A stretch of DNA of 64,000 nucleotides from Macrostomum hystrix (lineage: Eukaryota; Animalia; Platyhelminthes). Made by a program: the position numbers and the translations under genes. Shown piece after piece: positions 35,027-46,012 of the stretch. Every line of letters starts with the position of its first letter. Position 1 is the first letter of the stretch. The DNA lies in the NCBI GenBank assembly GCA_950097015.1, contig CATNEN010000030.1:3038001-3102000 (forward strand). Direction: 5' to 3'. The notes under the pieces were generated by a model. That model saw only the letters and a program-made list of their open reading frames with translations, ran no database searches and was not told the DNA's origin.

Positions 35027-36631
35027 GGGTTCGTTCTATAAAGCTAGCGTATCTCTAAGTTCAAACTTACGCTGCCGCAATGTCGTAAAGTGTTCGGTAA
35101 AGCCATCGTATCTTAAGATCGTTCTTAGATTTGAGAAGCTTCTTAAGTCACCGCACACGTGTGCGTAAATTTGCGTTCGGTGAAACTTTCCAAAGTTACA
35201 GCGGCCTCCTAAGTACCGTCGTAAATCTGAGACAGGTCGGACCTGTCGTAAGTCACCTTTGCAGTGAAGACACCAATTATAACAAGCACAGATGATTATT
35301 TATATAAGGACTGTAGAAACTGTTTCAACATGGTTTTGTTTTTAAAAGTGAGTAGCAGGAAATAGCAATCGTCCTATAATGGTTCACGGTGGCAGCAGCT
35401 GCATTATTCGCTGTCTCTCAGCGCGACCAGCAGCCGTGTCCTCAGCTGGTGCAGCTAGATTTTCAACTGCTGCTTCTATTCCGTAATCGAAATCAAGACA
35501 CTGCTGGAGGCAACGACCAAGCGCAAAAATTACTTGGAGAGCTCCGCTAATACTGTCGAAGCAAATTTACGCAAAAAACGCGGATGGCAGCAAATTGCCG
35601 ATATCGTGAATTCAGTCGGCGGACAAGGACGATCAGCCGAGAACTGCCGCAAGCGGTGGTCCGACTTCAAGAGTCGACTGAAGCACAAGGTCGCCAGCAT
35701 CCGCAAGGAGCAAGCTAAGACAGGAGGCGGTCCGTCGCAGGCCCCGCAGTTGTCGAGCTTCGAGGAGAAGGCTGCGCAGCCGATCCGACCCCAGGTCGTG
35801 GAAGGTGTGCCATGCGGTGCTGACACGTTGCAGTTGCCTGCATCTAAGGGACAGGCTGCCTCATCAAGCTCGGTGGCTGCTAGTTCACCTGCTGGTAAAT
35901 CTGTCGAAGAAGTTGGCAGGTGTGCATCGCCTGAGTACGACACTGCCGACGATGGAGACAGCGAAGAGTCTGCTGCCACCCCGGCTGCCGCTTCTGCTGC
36001 CAAGAACAAGAAGCGTCAGGCAGATCAAAGCAAGCTTGAGCTGATTGGATCCTTGGAAACAAAACGTCTCCGGGTGGAGGAAGACCGACTGAAGATCGAA
36101 ACTCACCGATTTTTCGTCGAGAAAGAGAGGCTGCAGATCGAGAGGGAGCGTCTACGCATTGAGCAGGAGAGACTGGCGATCGAAAAGGAGACAAGAAAGA
36201 ATTTTGAGAGTAGGCAATTGGTCCATTTTAATGACGTGTAGGCCTTCTTTCTCCGAGTATCAAGTACCTGTGTCTGTTCTGGAATGTGTTGGGGCAACTG
36301 TAGTTAAATATAATGGTGGTGTGAACCAAGGGCAATACAGTATTGCCGTTCGATGTTTATTGATATGAAAATGTGAGTGTCATTCGTTACTTGAATTACT
36401 AAATAAGTACAGCATGCGTCTCAAAGATAACTAAAAAGGGACGGTAAAAATTCCGCTTACGGTAAAAGTAGGACGCCAGTGCTAAAGTTTGATCGCAGCC
36501 CCTGCGTAAGTTACGACGCATCTGCGAAAGTTTCTCCGAACGCACGTAAGACCGTTCTCAGACAGTTCTTAGTTCCCGTGCGTAAGTTAGAGCGTACGAC
36601 GAACTTACGAAAGCTTTATAGAACGGGCCCC
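35027..36631. mobile_element. Non-autonomous PIF/Harbinger element carrying only the Myb/SANT gene
   Basis: Imperfect TIRs GGG(TT/GCC)CGTTCTATAAAGCT; TSD TTA at 35024-35026 and 36632-36634; many subterminal CTTACG/CGTAAG motifs; no transposase. Confidence 0.82.
35459..36241 (+). CDS. Myb/SANT-like DNA-binding protein with C-terminal coiled coil (MSANTD4-like); frame open from 35459, start codon not in this exon
   Basis: EIKTLLEATTKRKNYLESS...KKRGWQQIADIVNSVGGQGRSAENCRKRWSDFK; E/R/K heptad-like tail ERLQIERERLRIEQERLAIE. Confidence 0.78.
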   Translation: MFNCCFYSVIEIKTLLEATTKRKNYLESSANTVEANLRKKRGWQQIADIVNSVGGQGRSAENCRKRWSDFKSRLKHKVASIRKEQAKTGGGPSQAPQLSSFEEKAAQPIRPQVVEGVPCGADTLQLPASKGQAASSSSVAASSPAGKSVEEVGRCASPEYDTADDGDSEESAATPAAASAAKNKKRQADQSKLELIGSLETKRLRVEEDRLKIETHRFFVEKERLQIERERLRIEQERLAIEKETRKNFESRQLVHFNDV

Positions 36632-37062
36632 TTAGAGTCTTTACGTGCTTACGTGCCTCTGTTTGCAAGTTGATAGCATTTAACGAAAGGCTTAATCTTT
36701 CAATGGGTTTCCTTCAGGGAATTATCAAAATTTGAAATATTCAAATACTTCCATGTAATTTTCTGCCATCTTTCCTTTGCAAGCAGTTTTCGTTCATCAA
36801 AAACAACCAAGTTCATTACAAAACACTATTGATAAATTCCAATTGTCCTGACGGTAGGAACTACAAGTTCACAAGAAAACGGTGTTTATTTTATCCATTA
36901 CAAAATCAAATCCATTTGATAAAATCACATCCCCACACAGCTTTTCGGCAGGTGAGAAATTTTACGTCAGCGTTTAAAAATCATACTGGATCTCAGATGG
37001 CGGGTATCTCAACAAGAACAGGCGAGGTCAATTCAAAACAATTTTAAATCTGATCAGTGATG

Positions 37063-37788
37063 TCACCGCCTGGTCTGTAGGTCGCTGCGGCAGACCTCCT
37101 CCCAGTCTGGCCACACGGCGGACTTCACTCTGTCGGCGTACTCGCTCAGATTCCTTGCCTTCTCCATGATGAAGCTCTTGTGCGGATAGTCGATAGGCAG
37201 GTACAGGATCTGAGCCAGGTGAGAGAACGCGCACGCATCGACTGAGGTGAGCTGGTCTCCGAGCAGGAACTTCTTGTTGCCAAGCAGCACGGACAGAGCC
37301 AGGAGGTCGTCGCAGCCGATCTGGTAGATCTCGGAGGGAGAGTTCCGGCCCAGACCGTGCGCGGCCATCCTGCGCTTCACCAGGGTGGGCATCAGTGTGG
37401 CAAACAGCTTTGCCTGCCATGGCGGAAGAAACTCCATCAAGCTGATGGTTTCTCTGAACCGTTCTACGTAGCGATAGTAAGCGTAGGAGTACACGGTCCT
37501 GTTGTCCAGCACCACGGAGATCACTCTGCTCAGAGCTAGCTGCTCGGCACTCAGACTGTCCGCCTTGTCGAACTCCTTCGTGAGGAACTGGATCACCAGA
37601 CTCGACTCGTTGTACTCCTTGCCGTTGTACTCAATGAACGGGATCTGGCCCTTGGAACTGTTGTTGCCAGCCGCTCTGATTGTCTTGTGCGGAATCCGCT
37701 TGATCCTCAGCCAGGTCTCGAGCTTCAGACCGAACGGGGACGGTGAGACGCAGGTCCTGAAGCTGGGGAAGTTGAGGCTGGGGTACCG
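37063..37788 (-). CDS. fax/FAXC-like copy 2: intact 241-codon frame with no own ATG (pseudogene, or spliced start)
   Basis: Near-identical to copy 1 from NFPS onward, with a different C-terminus (SDLQTRR); an in-frame TAG at 37791-37789 immediately precedes the frame. Confidence 0.6.
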   Translation of the reverse strand, partial: RYPSLNFPSFRTCVSPSPFGLKLETWLRIKRIPHKTIRAAGNNSSKGQIPFIEYNGKEYNESSLVIQFLTKEFDKADSLSAEQLALSRVISVVLDNRTVYSYAYYRYVERFRETISLMEFLPPWQAKLFATLMPTLVKRRMAAHGLGRNSPSEIYQIGCDDLLALSVLLGNKKFLLGDQLTSVDACAFSHLAQILYLPIDYPHKSFIMEKARNLSEYADRVKSAVWPDWEEVCRSDLQTRR

Positions 37789-38382
37789 CTAATAGCGTTT
37801 TCTTGCTTTGCCAGCCATTTGTAGGCCCTAACTAGCCCAACCACTGTCCCATCTCTTACTGTGGCCAACCAGGCTCGTATATATAGTTTTCTATTCTTCA
37901 ATGACAGATTATAGTTCCTGTATAAAGATATTAAGCGATACTCAGTCAACTGAAGTACTTTAGTGCATTGGTTGACTTTCGTTGTGGAAACGAGACAGAT
38001 AAATTTGTTGGCTCTAGAACATATGAATAGTCAGGGAACTTTGACTAATGGACTGCGAAACAGATCTCAATGACAGACAGATGACAATTTAAAATAAAAA
38101 ATTACGAGTTGAGGGTCAAATTTAATAGCTAGCAGTACAAACCAATGCGCGGTTAGGTAAAACCAAAAACCGATTAAAGTGCGTCGTCACAGCATTGTAC
38201 GCAGTGTGGATAGAATGTACACAATTGCAGCGATTGCGCAGTGCAGATGGACTGCAAGGACTTGAGGTGATAAAATTCTCTGACCAAGCATGAGCACAGC
38301 AGCGCTTGACGAATTTTTTTGATGCTCAGAACTGCTAAGCATTTATCGCAAGCATTCAGTTGCTAAAGGACTGTTCCTCAGG

Positions 38383-41300
38383 ATGTCCGCCCGACTTGAC
38401 CCTCTGGTTCGGCTGTGCCGGTTCTGCCTCAACAACTGGCAGCTGGTGGCCGCCACAATAGTACTTCTGTTGGCCAACATCGGCTTGGCTATGTGGGCCT
38501 ACATGGACTTCAGCAGCGCTGACAAGCTCCTGATCGCCGCCAAGATGACTGGCCGGCCCCTTAACCTGGACTGCAGCATCGTGCTGATCTTTGTGCTGCG
38601 CAAGACCTTCTCCGCCTGCCGGCGATGGCAGATCAGCCGCCTGCTGCCTATTGAGCAGTGCATTCGGCTGCACATGATCACCGGCTGCCTGATCTGCGTG
38701 CTGGGAATGGCTCACTCGATCGTCCACATTGTCCGCACCGCACTGCTGCTGTCCAACGGCAAGCTGGATTGCACACCTGTGGCTGCCTACCTGGGCAACT
38801 GTCTGCACATTGGCTGGATCGGCGACGCCGCCTCGCCAACCGGCATTGCCCTGATGATCATCTTGATGACCATCGGTGTCACGGCTAATCCGGCATTCCG
38901 ATCGCGACTATTCAAGATCTTCCAGTACGCGCACCTGTTTTACTATCCGTTTCTGGTGCTGTGCTTGCTGCACGCCAGGTGACCATTGCAGCATTGTGAT
39001 TTTTCCTTTTATTTTCACTTTCTTAGAAACTGTCCTGCATTCAGTGACCCGTAACTATTGTTCTGTACTGAGTGTCCTGTGCATACTCAGCGTCCTGTAC
39101 TCAATGTCCTATTTTCAATGTCTCGATGTCCTGTACTTAGTTATTGTACTTTATTCAGTTTCCCGTGCTCAGTGCTCTGTCCTCAAGAGTCCTGTCCGCA
39201 ATGCTCTGTACTCAAGAGTCCTGTCCGCAGTGCTCTGTACTCAAGAGTCCTGTCCGCAGTGCTCTGTACTCAAGAGTCCTGTCCGCAGTGCTCTGTACTC
39301 AAGAGTCCTGTCCGCAGTGCTCTGTACTCAAGAGTCCTGTCCGCAATGCTCTGTCCTCAAGAGTCCTGTCCGCAGTGCTCTGTACTCAAGAGTCCTGTCC
39401 GCAGTGCTCTGTACTCAAGAGTCCTGTCCGCAGTGCTCTGTACTCAAGAGTCCTGTCCGCAATGCTCTGTCCTCAAGAGTCCTGTCCGCAGTGCTCTGTA
39501 CTCAAGAGTCCTGTCCGCAGTGCTCTGTACTCAAGAGTCCTGTCCGCAATGCTCTGTCCTCAAGAGTCCTGTCCGCAGTGCTCTGTACTCAAGAGTCCTG
39601 TCCGCAGTGCTCTGTACTCAAGAGTCCTGTCCGCAGTACTCTGTCCTCAAGAGTCCTGTCTGCAATGCTCTGTCCTCAAGAGTCCTGTCCGCAATGCTCT
39701 GTACTCAAGAGTCCTGTCCGCAATGCTCTGTCCTCAAGAGTCCTGTCCGCAGTGCTCTGTACTCAAGAGTCCTGTCCGCAGTGCTCTGTACTCAAGAGTC
39801 CTGTCCGCAGTGCTCTGTACTCAAGAGTCCTGTCCGCAATGCTCTGTACTCAAGAGTCCTGTCCGCAATGCTCTGTACTCAAGAGTCCTGTCCGCAATGC
39901 TCTGTCCTCAAGAGTCCTGTCCGCAATGCTCTGTACTCAAGAGTCCTGTCCGCAATGCTCTGTACTCAAGAGTCCTGTCCGCAGTGCTCTGTCCTCAAGA
40001 GTCCTGTCCGCAGTGCTCTGTCCTCAATAGTCCTGTCCGCAATGCTCTGTACTCAAGAGTCCTGTCCGCAGTGCTCTGTACTCAAGAGTCCTGTCCGCAG
40101 TGTTCTGTACTCAAGAGTCCTGTCCGCAATGCTCTGTACTCAAGAGTCCTGTCCGCAGTGCTCTGTACTCAAGAGTCCTGTCCGCAGTACTCTGTCCTCA
40201 AGAGTCCTGTCCGCAATGCTCTGTACTCAAGAGTCCTGTCCGCAGTGCTCTGTACTCAAGAGTCCTGTCCGCAATGCTCTGTCCTCAAGAGTCCTGTCTG
40301 CAGTGCTCTGTACTCAAGAGTCCTGTCCGCAGTGCTCTGTACTCAAGAGTCCTGTCCGCAATGCTCTGTCCTCAAGAGTCCTGTCCGCAGTGCTCTGTAC
40401 TCAAGAGTCCTGTCAGCAGTGCTCTGTACTCAAGAGTCCTGTCCGCAGTACTCTGTCCTAAAGAGTCCTGTCCGCAATGCTCTGTCCTCAAGAGTCCTGT
40501 CCGCAATGCTCTGTCCTCAAGAGTCCTGTCCGCACTGCTCTGTACTCAAGAGTCCTGTCCGCAGTACTCTGTCCTCAAGAGTCCTGTCCGCAGTACTCTG
40601 TCCTCAAGAGTCCTGTCCGCAGTACTCTGTCCTCAAGAGTCCAGAGTACAACTTTTGTAATTGCAGCGCATTGTTTTCGATTTTCTGCAGTTACTTCTGG
40701 ATGTTTGCCCTGCTGCCGTTGAACATGCTCCTGCTAGAGCAGCTGCTCGGCATGCGGTCCGTGCACGAGCTGCTGCACGGCAAGTTCACCATCGAGGCTG
40801 TCAACTTTCACGCGCCTCGAGGCGACGAGAACACCCAGGTGGTCGAGCTGGTGATGCGGACCGAGCGCCGGGTGACCTTCAGCCCGGGCGCGTACGTGTA
40901 CATCAACGTGCCCGCCGTGTGCCGATTCGAGTTCCACCCGTTCACCATCAGCAGCCCGCCGGAGCGGTGCGATGCCATCACGGTGCATATTCAGGCGGTT
41001 GGGCCGTGGACTCGGCGACTGCATCAGCACTTCCGGGCCATGGCGGATTCCAAGCAGCCCGAGGCAGGCCGTGTCACAGTGGCGACAAGGCGGCATCCGA
41101 CTGCCGGAGAGGACTACGAGTCGCTGGTGGTCTGCGAACGCGTCTTCGTTGAGGGGCCGTATGAGGTAATTTTGGGAGTGTAAAAACGTATAGATGACCC
41201 AAATGTACTCAAATGCCGCTGAATGACACGAATGTGCTCACAAATGCGATCAAGCTTCTGGTTGAGTCTCAAGCACGCCTATAAATGCCCTAAGGTGCAC

Positions 41301-41753
41301 TCCAAGCCATCCTGGAGTCACAAGCACGTGATTATGGTGTCGGCCGGCATCGGGGTCACGCCTTACTCCTCCATCCTACGCAGCCTGGTGCTTCGCCGAG
41401 ACGAGAAGGACGAAAAGGTGCGCTGCCGCCGCGTCGACTTTGTCTGGGTCGCCCGCAGCCTCGATGGCTTCCGCTGGTTCGCTGATCTGCTTCAGGAGCT
41501 CGAGGCTACCAACGCTGATTGGCTGCACGTGCACCTGTTCTTAACGCGAGCTTCGCCGGACTCGGCTGGGAAGCTGGAGCTCAGTCACGTGACCCACACC
41601 CGACCCGACTGGCACCAGCTGCTGGGCAAGCTGTCCGAGACCATGCCAAACTGTCGCTCGTGGGTTTACACCTGCGCTTCACCTTTGCTAGCCGATTGTG
41701 TGGCTGACGCCTGCTGGGATCTTCTCCTACCGCACCGCACTCACAGCTTCTGA
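38383..41753 (+). CDS. NADPH oxidase / ferric reductase-type protein (NOX5-like core without EF hands), 509 aa; exons 38383-38978, 40691-41165, 41295-41753
   Basis: Heme-His pairs HMITGCLICVLGMAH and HLFYYPFLVLCLLH, FAD motif FHPFTISS, VEGPY, NADPH motif SAGIGVTPY, DFVWVAR; 596+475+459=1530 nt, phases consistent. Confidence 0.88.
39165..40645. repeat. 29-bp minisatellite (CTCAAGAGTCCTGTCCGCAGTGCTCTGTA), ~51 copies, in NOX intron 1
   Basis: Visible periodicity. Confidence 0.95.
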
Positions 41754-41995
41754 GCAGTCTCGGATCTTTTCCTACCGCACCGCACTCACAGCTTCTGAGC
41801 AGTCTCGGTTCGCTAAGCTCATAGAATCACCGAGAAATTGGCTTTGCGATTCTAAACTGAAATCTTTAAATTCCTTTCAGACTAAGTCGGTTTTAGAAAC
41901 ATGTGGCATAAAATTGCTTTAATACTAGTGTTATTCTACTAGTTGTAAATGAAGGGCAAATCATCATGGGAGTTGGATGTCGCATTTCCCTATAG

Positions 41996-42246
41996 CAGGG
42001 GTCGGCAAAATCCGGTCCGCGGGCCAGATGCGGCCCTCGAAGCTCCCAAATCCGCACGTTGCCCATTCCGACACCTACAGTATCCTGTTTCATCTATCCC
42101 GTGTCTCATCTGGAGATGGAGTATCATCTCTCCCGCGCCTCCCGTCTAATCTCTCTCCTTTCTCAAATTTCTACAGTCAATGCGGCCTAATTTCGTACTT
42201 TAGGTTCTCTCCGTGGCCCGCATGCTAATAAGTTTGCCGACCCCTG
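41996..42246. mobile_element. hAT-type MITE, 251 bp
   Basis: TIR CAGGGGTCGGCAAA / TTTGCCGACCCCTG with a perfect 8-bp TSD CCCTATAG on both sides. Confidence 0.92.
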
Positions 42247-42544
42247 CCCTATAGTGTTACAATTTTGGTTTAAAGGCTTTAAAGTTATGTCGCATTGTTT
42301 GTATTTTCGTTTAGTTTCATAGAGTCAAGCTTTTAGTTTCGCTTTTTAATCTCCTTGACGCAATTGATTGCATGTCTTGTTTTATTAATCCAACGACTAT
42401 TTTTAAACCAATTCAAAATACATTTAGATGTCTTTGCAGAGTCAGAGCATACCGATTACTGGATTTTCGAGCAACATACGAGACCTTCTTTCGTAATTTG
42501 ACTTGGGATTTACTTCAGCAGTGGATAATATTAACTTAAAGGCC

Positions 42545-43165
42545 AGCATCCTATGCCCTTCTATTCCTCTCACCCATTACTCTCATCCTGCCCTTCTATT
42601 CCTCTCACCCTATGCCCTTTTATTCCTCTCATCCTATGCCATTCTATTCCTCTCATTCTGCCCTTCTATTCCTCTCACCCTATGCCCTTTTATTCCTCTC
42701 ATCCTATGCCCTTCTATTCCTCTCATCCTATGCCCTTCTATTCCTCTCATCCTATGCCCTTCTATTCCTCTCATCCTATGCCCTTCTATTCCTCTCATCC
42801 TATGCCCTTCTATTCCTCTCATCCTATGCCCTTCTATTCCTCTCATCCTATGCCCTTTTATTCCTCTCATCCTATGCCATTCTATTCCTCTCATTCTGCC
42901 CTTCTATTCCTCTCACCCTATGCCCTTTTATTCCTCTCATCCTATGCCCTTTTATTCCTCTCATCCTATGCCCTTCTATTCCTCTCATCCTATGCCCTTC
43001 TATTCCTCTCATCCTATGCCCTTCTATTCCTCTCATCCTATGCCCTTCTATTCCTCTCATCCTATGCCCTTCTATTCCTCTCATCCTATGCCCTTCTATT
43101 CCTCTCACCCTATGCCATTCTATTCCTCTCATCCTATGCCCTTCTATTCCTCTCATAATTTGCCT
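42545..43165. repeat. 24-bp pyrimidine-rich minisatellite (TCCTATGCCCTTCTATTCCTCTCA)
   Basis: Directly visible. Confidence 0.93.
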
Positions 43166-43769
43166 TTCTATCCGATGCGTCTCAGTCTCATCCCACAAAA
43201 CCGTTGGCTAAAAGGAACGAGTAACGCGAAGACCTGCTTTTAAATGAGGTTGTGTTGCTTTTGCTGTGGGAGCAAAATTTTCATGTCCCGCAACGGGTGC
43301 AGCCGATGCACCGAGTCACTTCCTCTCTTAGACATAATAAATTAAATTTTTTTTTGCGTCTCTATCAGATTTTGCGCGCAAAACAACAAAAACAGGCGGA
43401 ATCGACCAACAGAAAATAGGAGGAGAGCGCGGAGCAAGAAAAATATGGTTATATCATCAAACAGACTGAATGCTGCTGTCTCGGTTAACTGGAGGGGACT
43501 AGCGGTCAAGGTGCATGTAAGAGAATCACAAACAGAAGCCCGCTCTATTCCTCGGATTCGTGGGGCACAGGTCTGTGCAGCGATGCGAAAATCAAATAGT
43601 GAGGGATAATAATAATGTGCATATGGTAACAAGTAGTAGAGGACAGACAAGCCAGCGAGATCTTCAACCACTACTTTGTGTACAATTTTGGCCCACACAA
43701 CAAGTACTGAATTACAAGAATGTATTCGAACAAACAAACTAAATCCGTTACTGAATGGCATTCCCTGCT

Positions 43770-44850
43770 GATTCATTCATTCATTCAGTCCTGATTAGCT
43801 GGCATTCCCTGCTGATTCATTCATTCATTCAGTCCTGATTAGCTGACATTCCATGCTGTGTGTCAGTGCCATTCTTTCAGTCCTGATTAGCTGACATTCC
43901 ATGCTGTGTGTCAGTGCCATTCTTTCAGTCCTGATTAGCTGACATTCCATGCTGTGTGTCAGTGCCATTCTTTCAGTCCTGATTAGCTGACATTCCATGC
44001 TGTGTGTCAGTGCCATTCTTTCAGTCCTGATTAGCTGACATTCCCTGCTGTGTGTCAGTGCCATTCTTTCAGTCCTGATTAGCTGACATTCCCTGCTGTG
44101 TGTCAGTGCCATTCTTTCAGTCCTGATTAGCTGACATTCCCTGCTGTGTGTCAGTGCCATTCTTTCAGTCCTGATTAGATGACATTCCCTGCTGTGTGTC
44201 AGTGCCATTCTTTCAGTCCTGATTAGATGACATTCCCTGCTGTGTGTCAGTGCCATTCTTTCAGTCCTGATTAGATGACATTCCCTGCTGTGTGTCAGTG
44301 CCATTCTTTCAGTCCTGATTAGATGACATTCCCTGCTGTGTGTCAGTGCCATTCTTTCAGTCCTGATTGGATGACATTCCCTGCTGTGTGTCAGTGCCAT
44401 TCTTTCTGACATTCCCTGCTGTGGGTGAGTGTCATTCTTTCTGACATTCCCTGCTGTGTGTCAGTGTCGTTCTTTCAGACATTCCCTGCTGTGTGTCAGT
44501 GTCATTCTTTCTGACATTCCCTGCTGTGGGTGAGTGTCATTCTTTCTGACATTCCCTGCTGTGTGTCAGTGCCATTCTTTCAGTCCTGATTGGATGACAT
44601 TCCCTGCTGTGTGTCAGTGCCATTCTTTCTGACATTCCCTGCTGTGGGTGAGTGTCATTCTTTCTGACATTCCCTGCTGTGTGTCAGTGTCGTTCTTTCA
44701 GACATTCCCTGCTGTGTGTCAGTGTCATTCTTTCTGACATTCCCTGCTGTGGGTGAGTGTCATTCTTTCTGACATTCCCTGCTGTGGGTGAGTGTCATTC
44801 TTTCTGACATTCCCTGCTGTGGGTGAGTGTCATTCTTTCTGACATTCCCT
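43770..44850. repeat. 48-bp array changing into a related 35-bp array (GACATTCCCTGCTGTG core)
   Basis: Directly visible; the later units lack the CAGTCCTGATTAG-type segment. Confidence 0.92.
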
Positions 44851-46012
44851 GCTGCCGCACTTGGACACAGAACTTTTCTAAAACGCTAGTGGGCGATAAA
44901 ACAAGTTATAAAAAACACGCATTTGTTCCATACTTTAATTTTTTATTAGTAGAATGAGAAAAAGTACGAGTACTTTATGCACTTATCTGAAACACGTACA
45001 CTGCTTAAGTTCAGTTTGAGCTAAAGCCAGAGTTTGATAATTAAAAATATATAAATATATAAATTTTAAAACAGAATACATGTAAAAGCAACTTGTTCAG
45101 GGCTTAACTGTATTTGCTGCTTTAATTAGGTGCTTCTGGAGCTTATCAACTCAGCTGTCTATGGTCTAACCTAGGTGAGAGAATATTATTAATAGAAAGA
45201 GAAAGTTGCAACACGCACAATAGACACTTATGCCATAGACGCCCTGTGTACATCCCGCAAAACAGCATTCTTAAAAAATTAACACAGATCGGATAGCACA
45301 ACACATGGATTAACGGGCTGTGAGCGAGAGTGTACTAACGCCTTCATCAGGTTTGATAATTAATCGATTAATCAGATCGTAATCAATAAATTAAATTGCG
45401 TGTTTCTGTGCGAAAGTAACAGAGTAAATGGCTGCTAATTTATAAAACAACATACTCGTACATTACTATATATACTCGTATATATAGACACATAGGCATA
45501 TGGACACACACACAGTCAAATGGGCAGTGGCAAATAACTATAGTCAGGCCATTGTTGAAGCCAGTCCGCAGCACTGATCGCAAATATCCATATTAACAGT
45601 TCACAAAATTATACTCAAGTTAGTTAGTCTATACATTTTTATTCTCAGTGGAGGGGAAACAGAAAGGAAAATATAATTTGAAAGCTTAGTCAAACAAATC
45701 AAAATTGAGTGCTCCGACATAGATGAAACAAAAATGGAGAGGACAATAGGAGTGAATAATAATAGCGATACGGAGAATCGCTATCCAGAATCGGGACTTA
45801 CAATACAACACTTCCACAATATAAAAAACAGACAGACCAAGAGCACAAACAATTTGAAGGGTGAGTTTATGTTGTTTAAAAATAGTCAAGCGCACATTGC
45901 TAAATTAAAACAAATGGTAAAAGCAAAAACTTTGAAACTCCGGCGACAGACAACACTGATAAAAAATCGACTCTTCGAGAGTGCCAGCGTCAACAAACGG
46001 TTGCCAGCGTGC

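Noticed and set aside
38876-40660. Cys-rich 'zinc-finger-like' repeat ORFs fused to NOX exon 2
   Set aside because: A 29-bp intronic array; the true acceptor at 40690 restores the NOX alignment.
43342-43776. Short ORFs between the 24-bp and 48-bp arrays, including a GGIDQ piggyBac-like word
   Set aside because: Stops in the relevant frame and no further transposase motifs.
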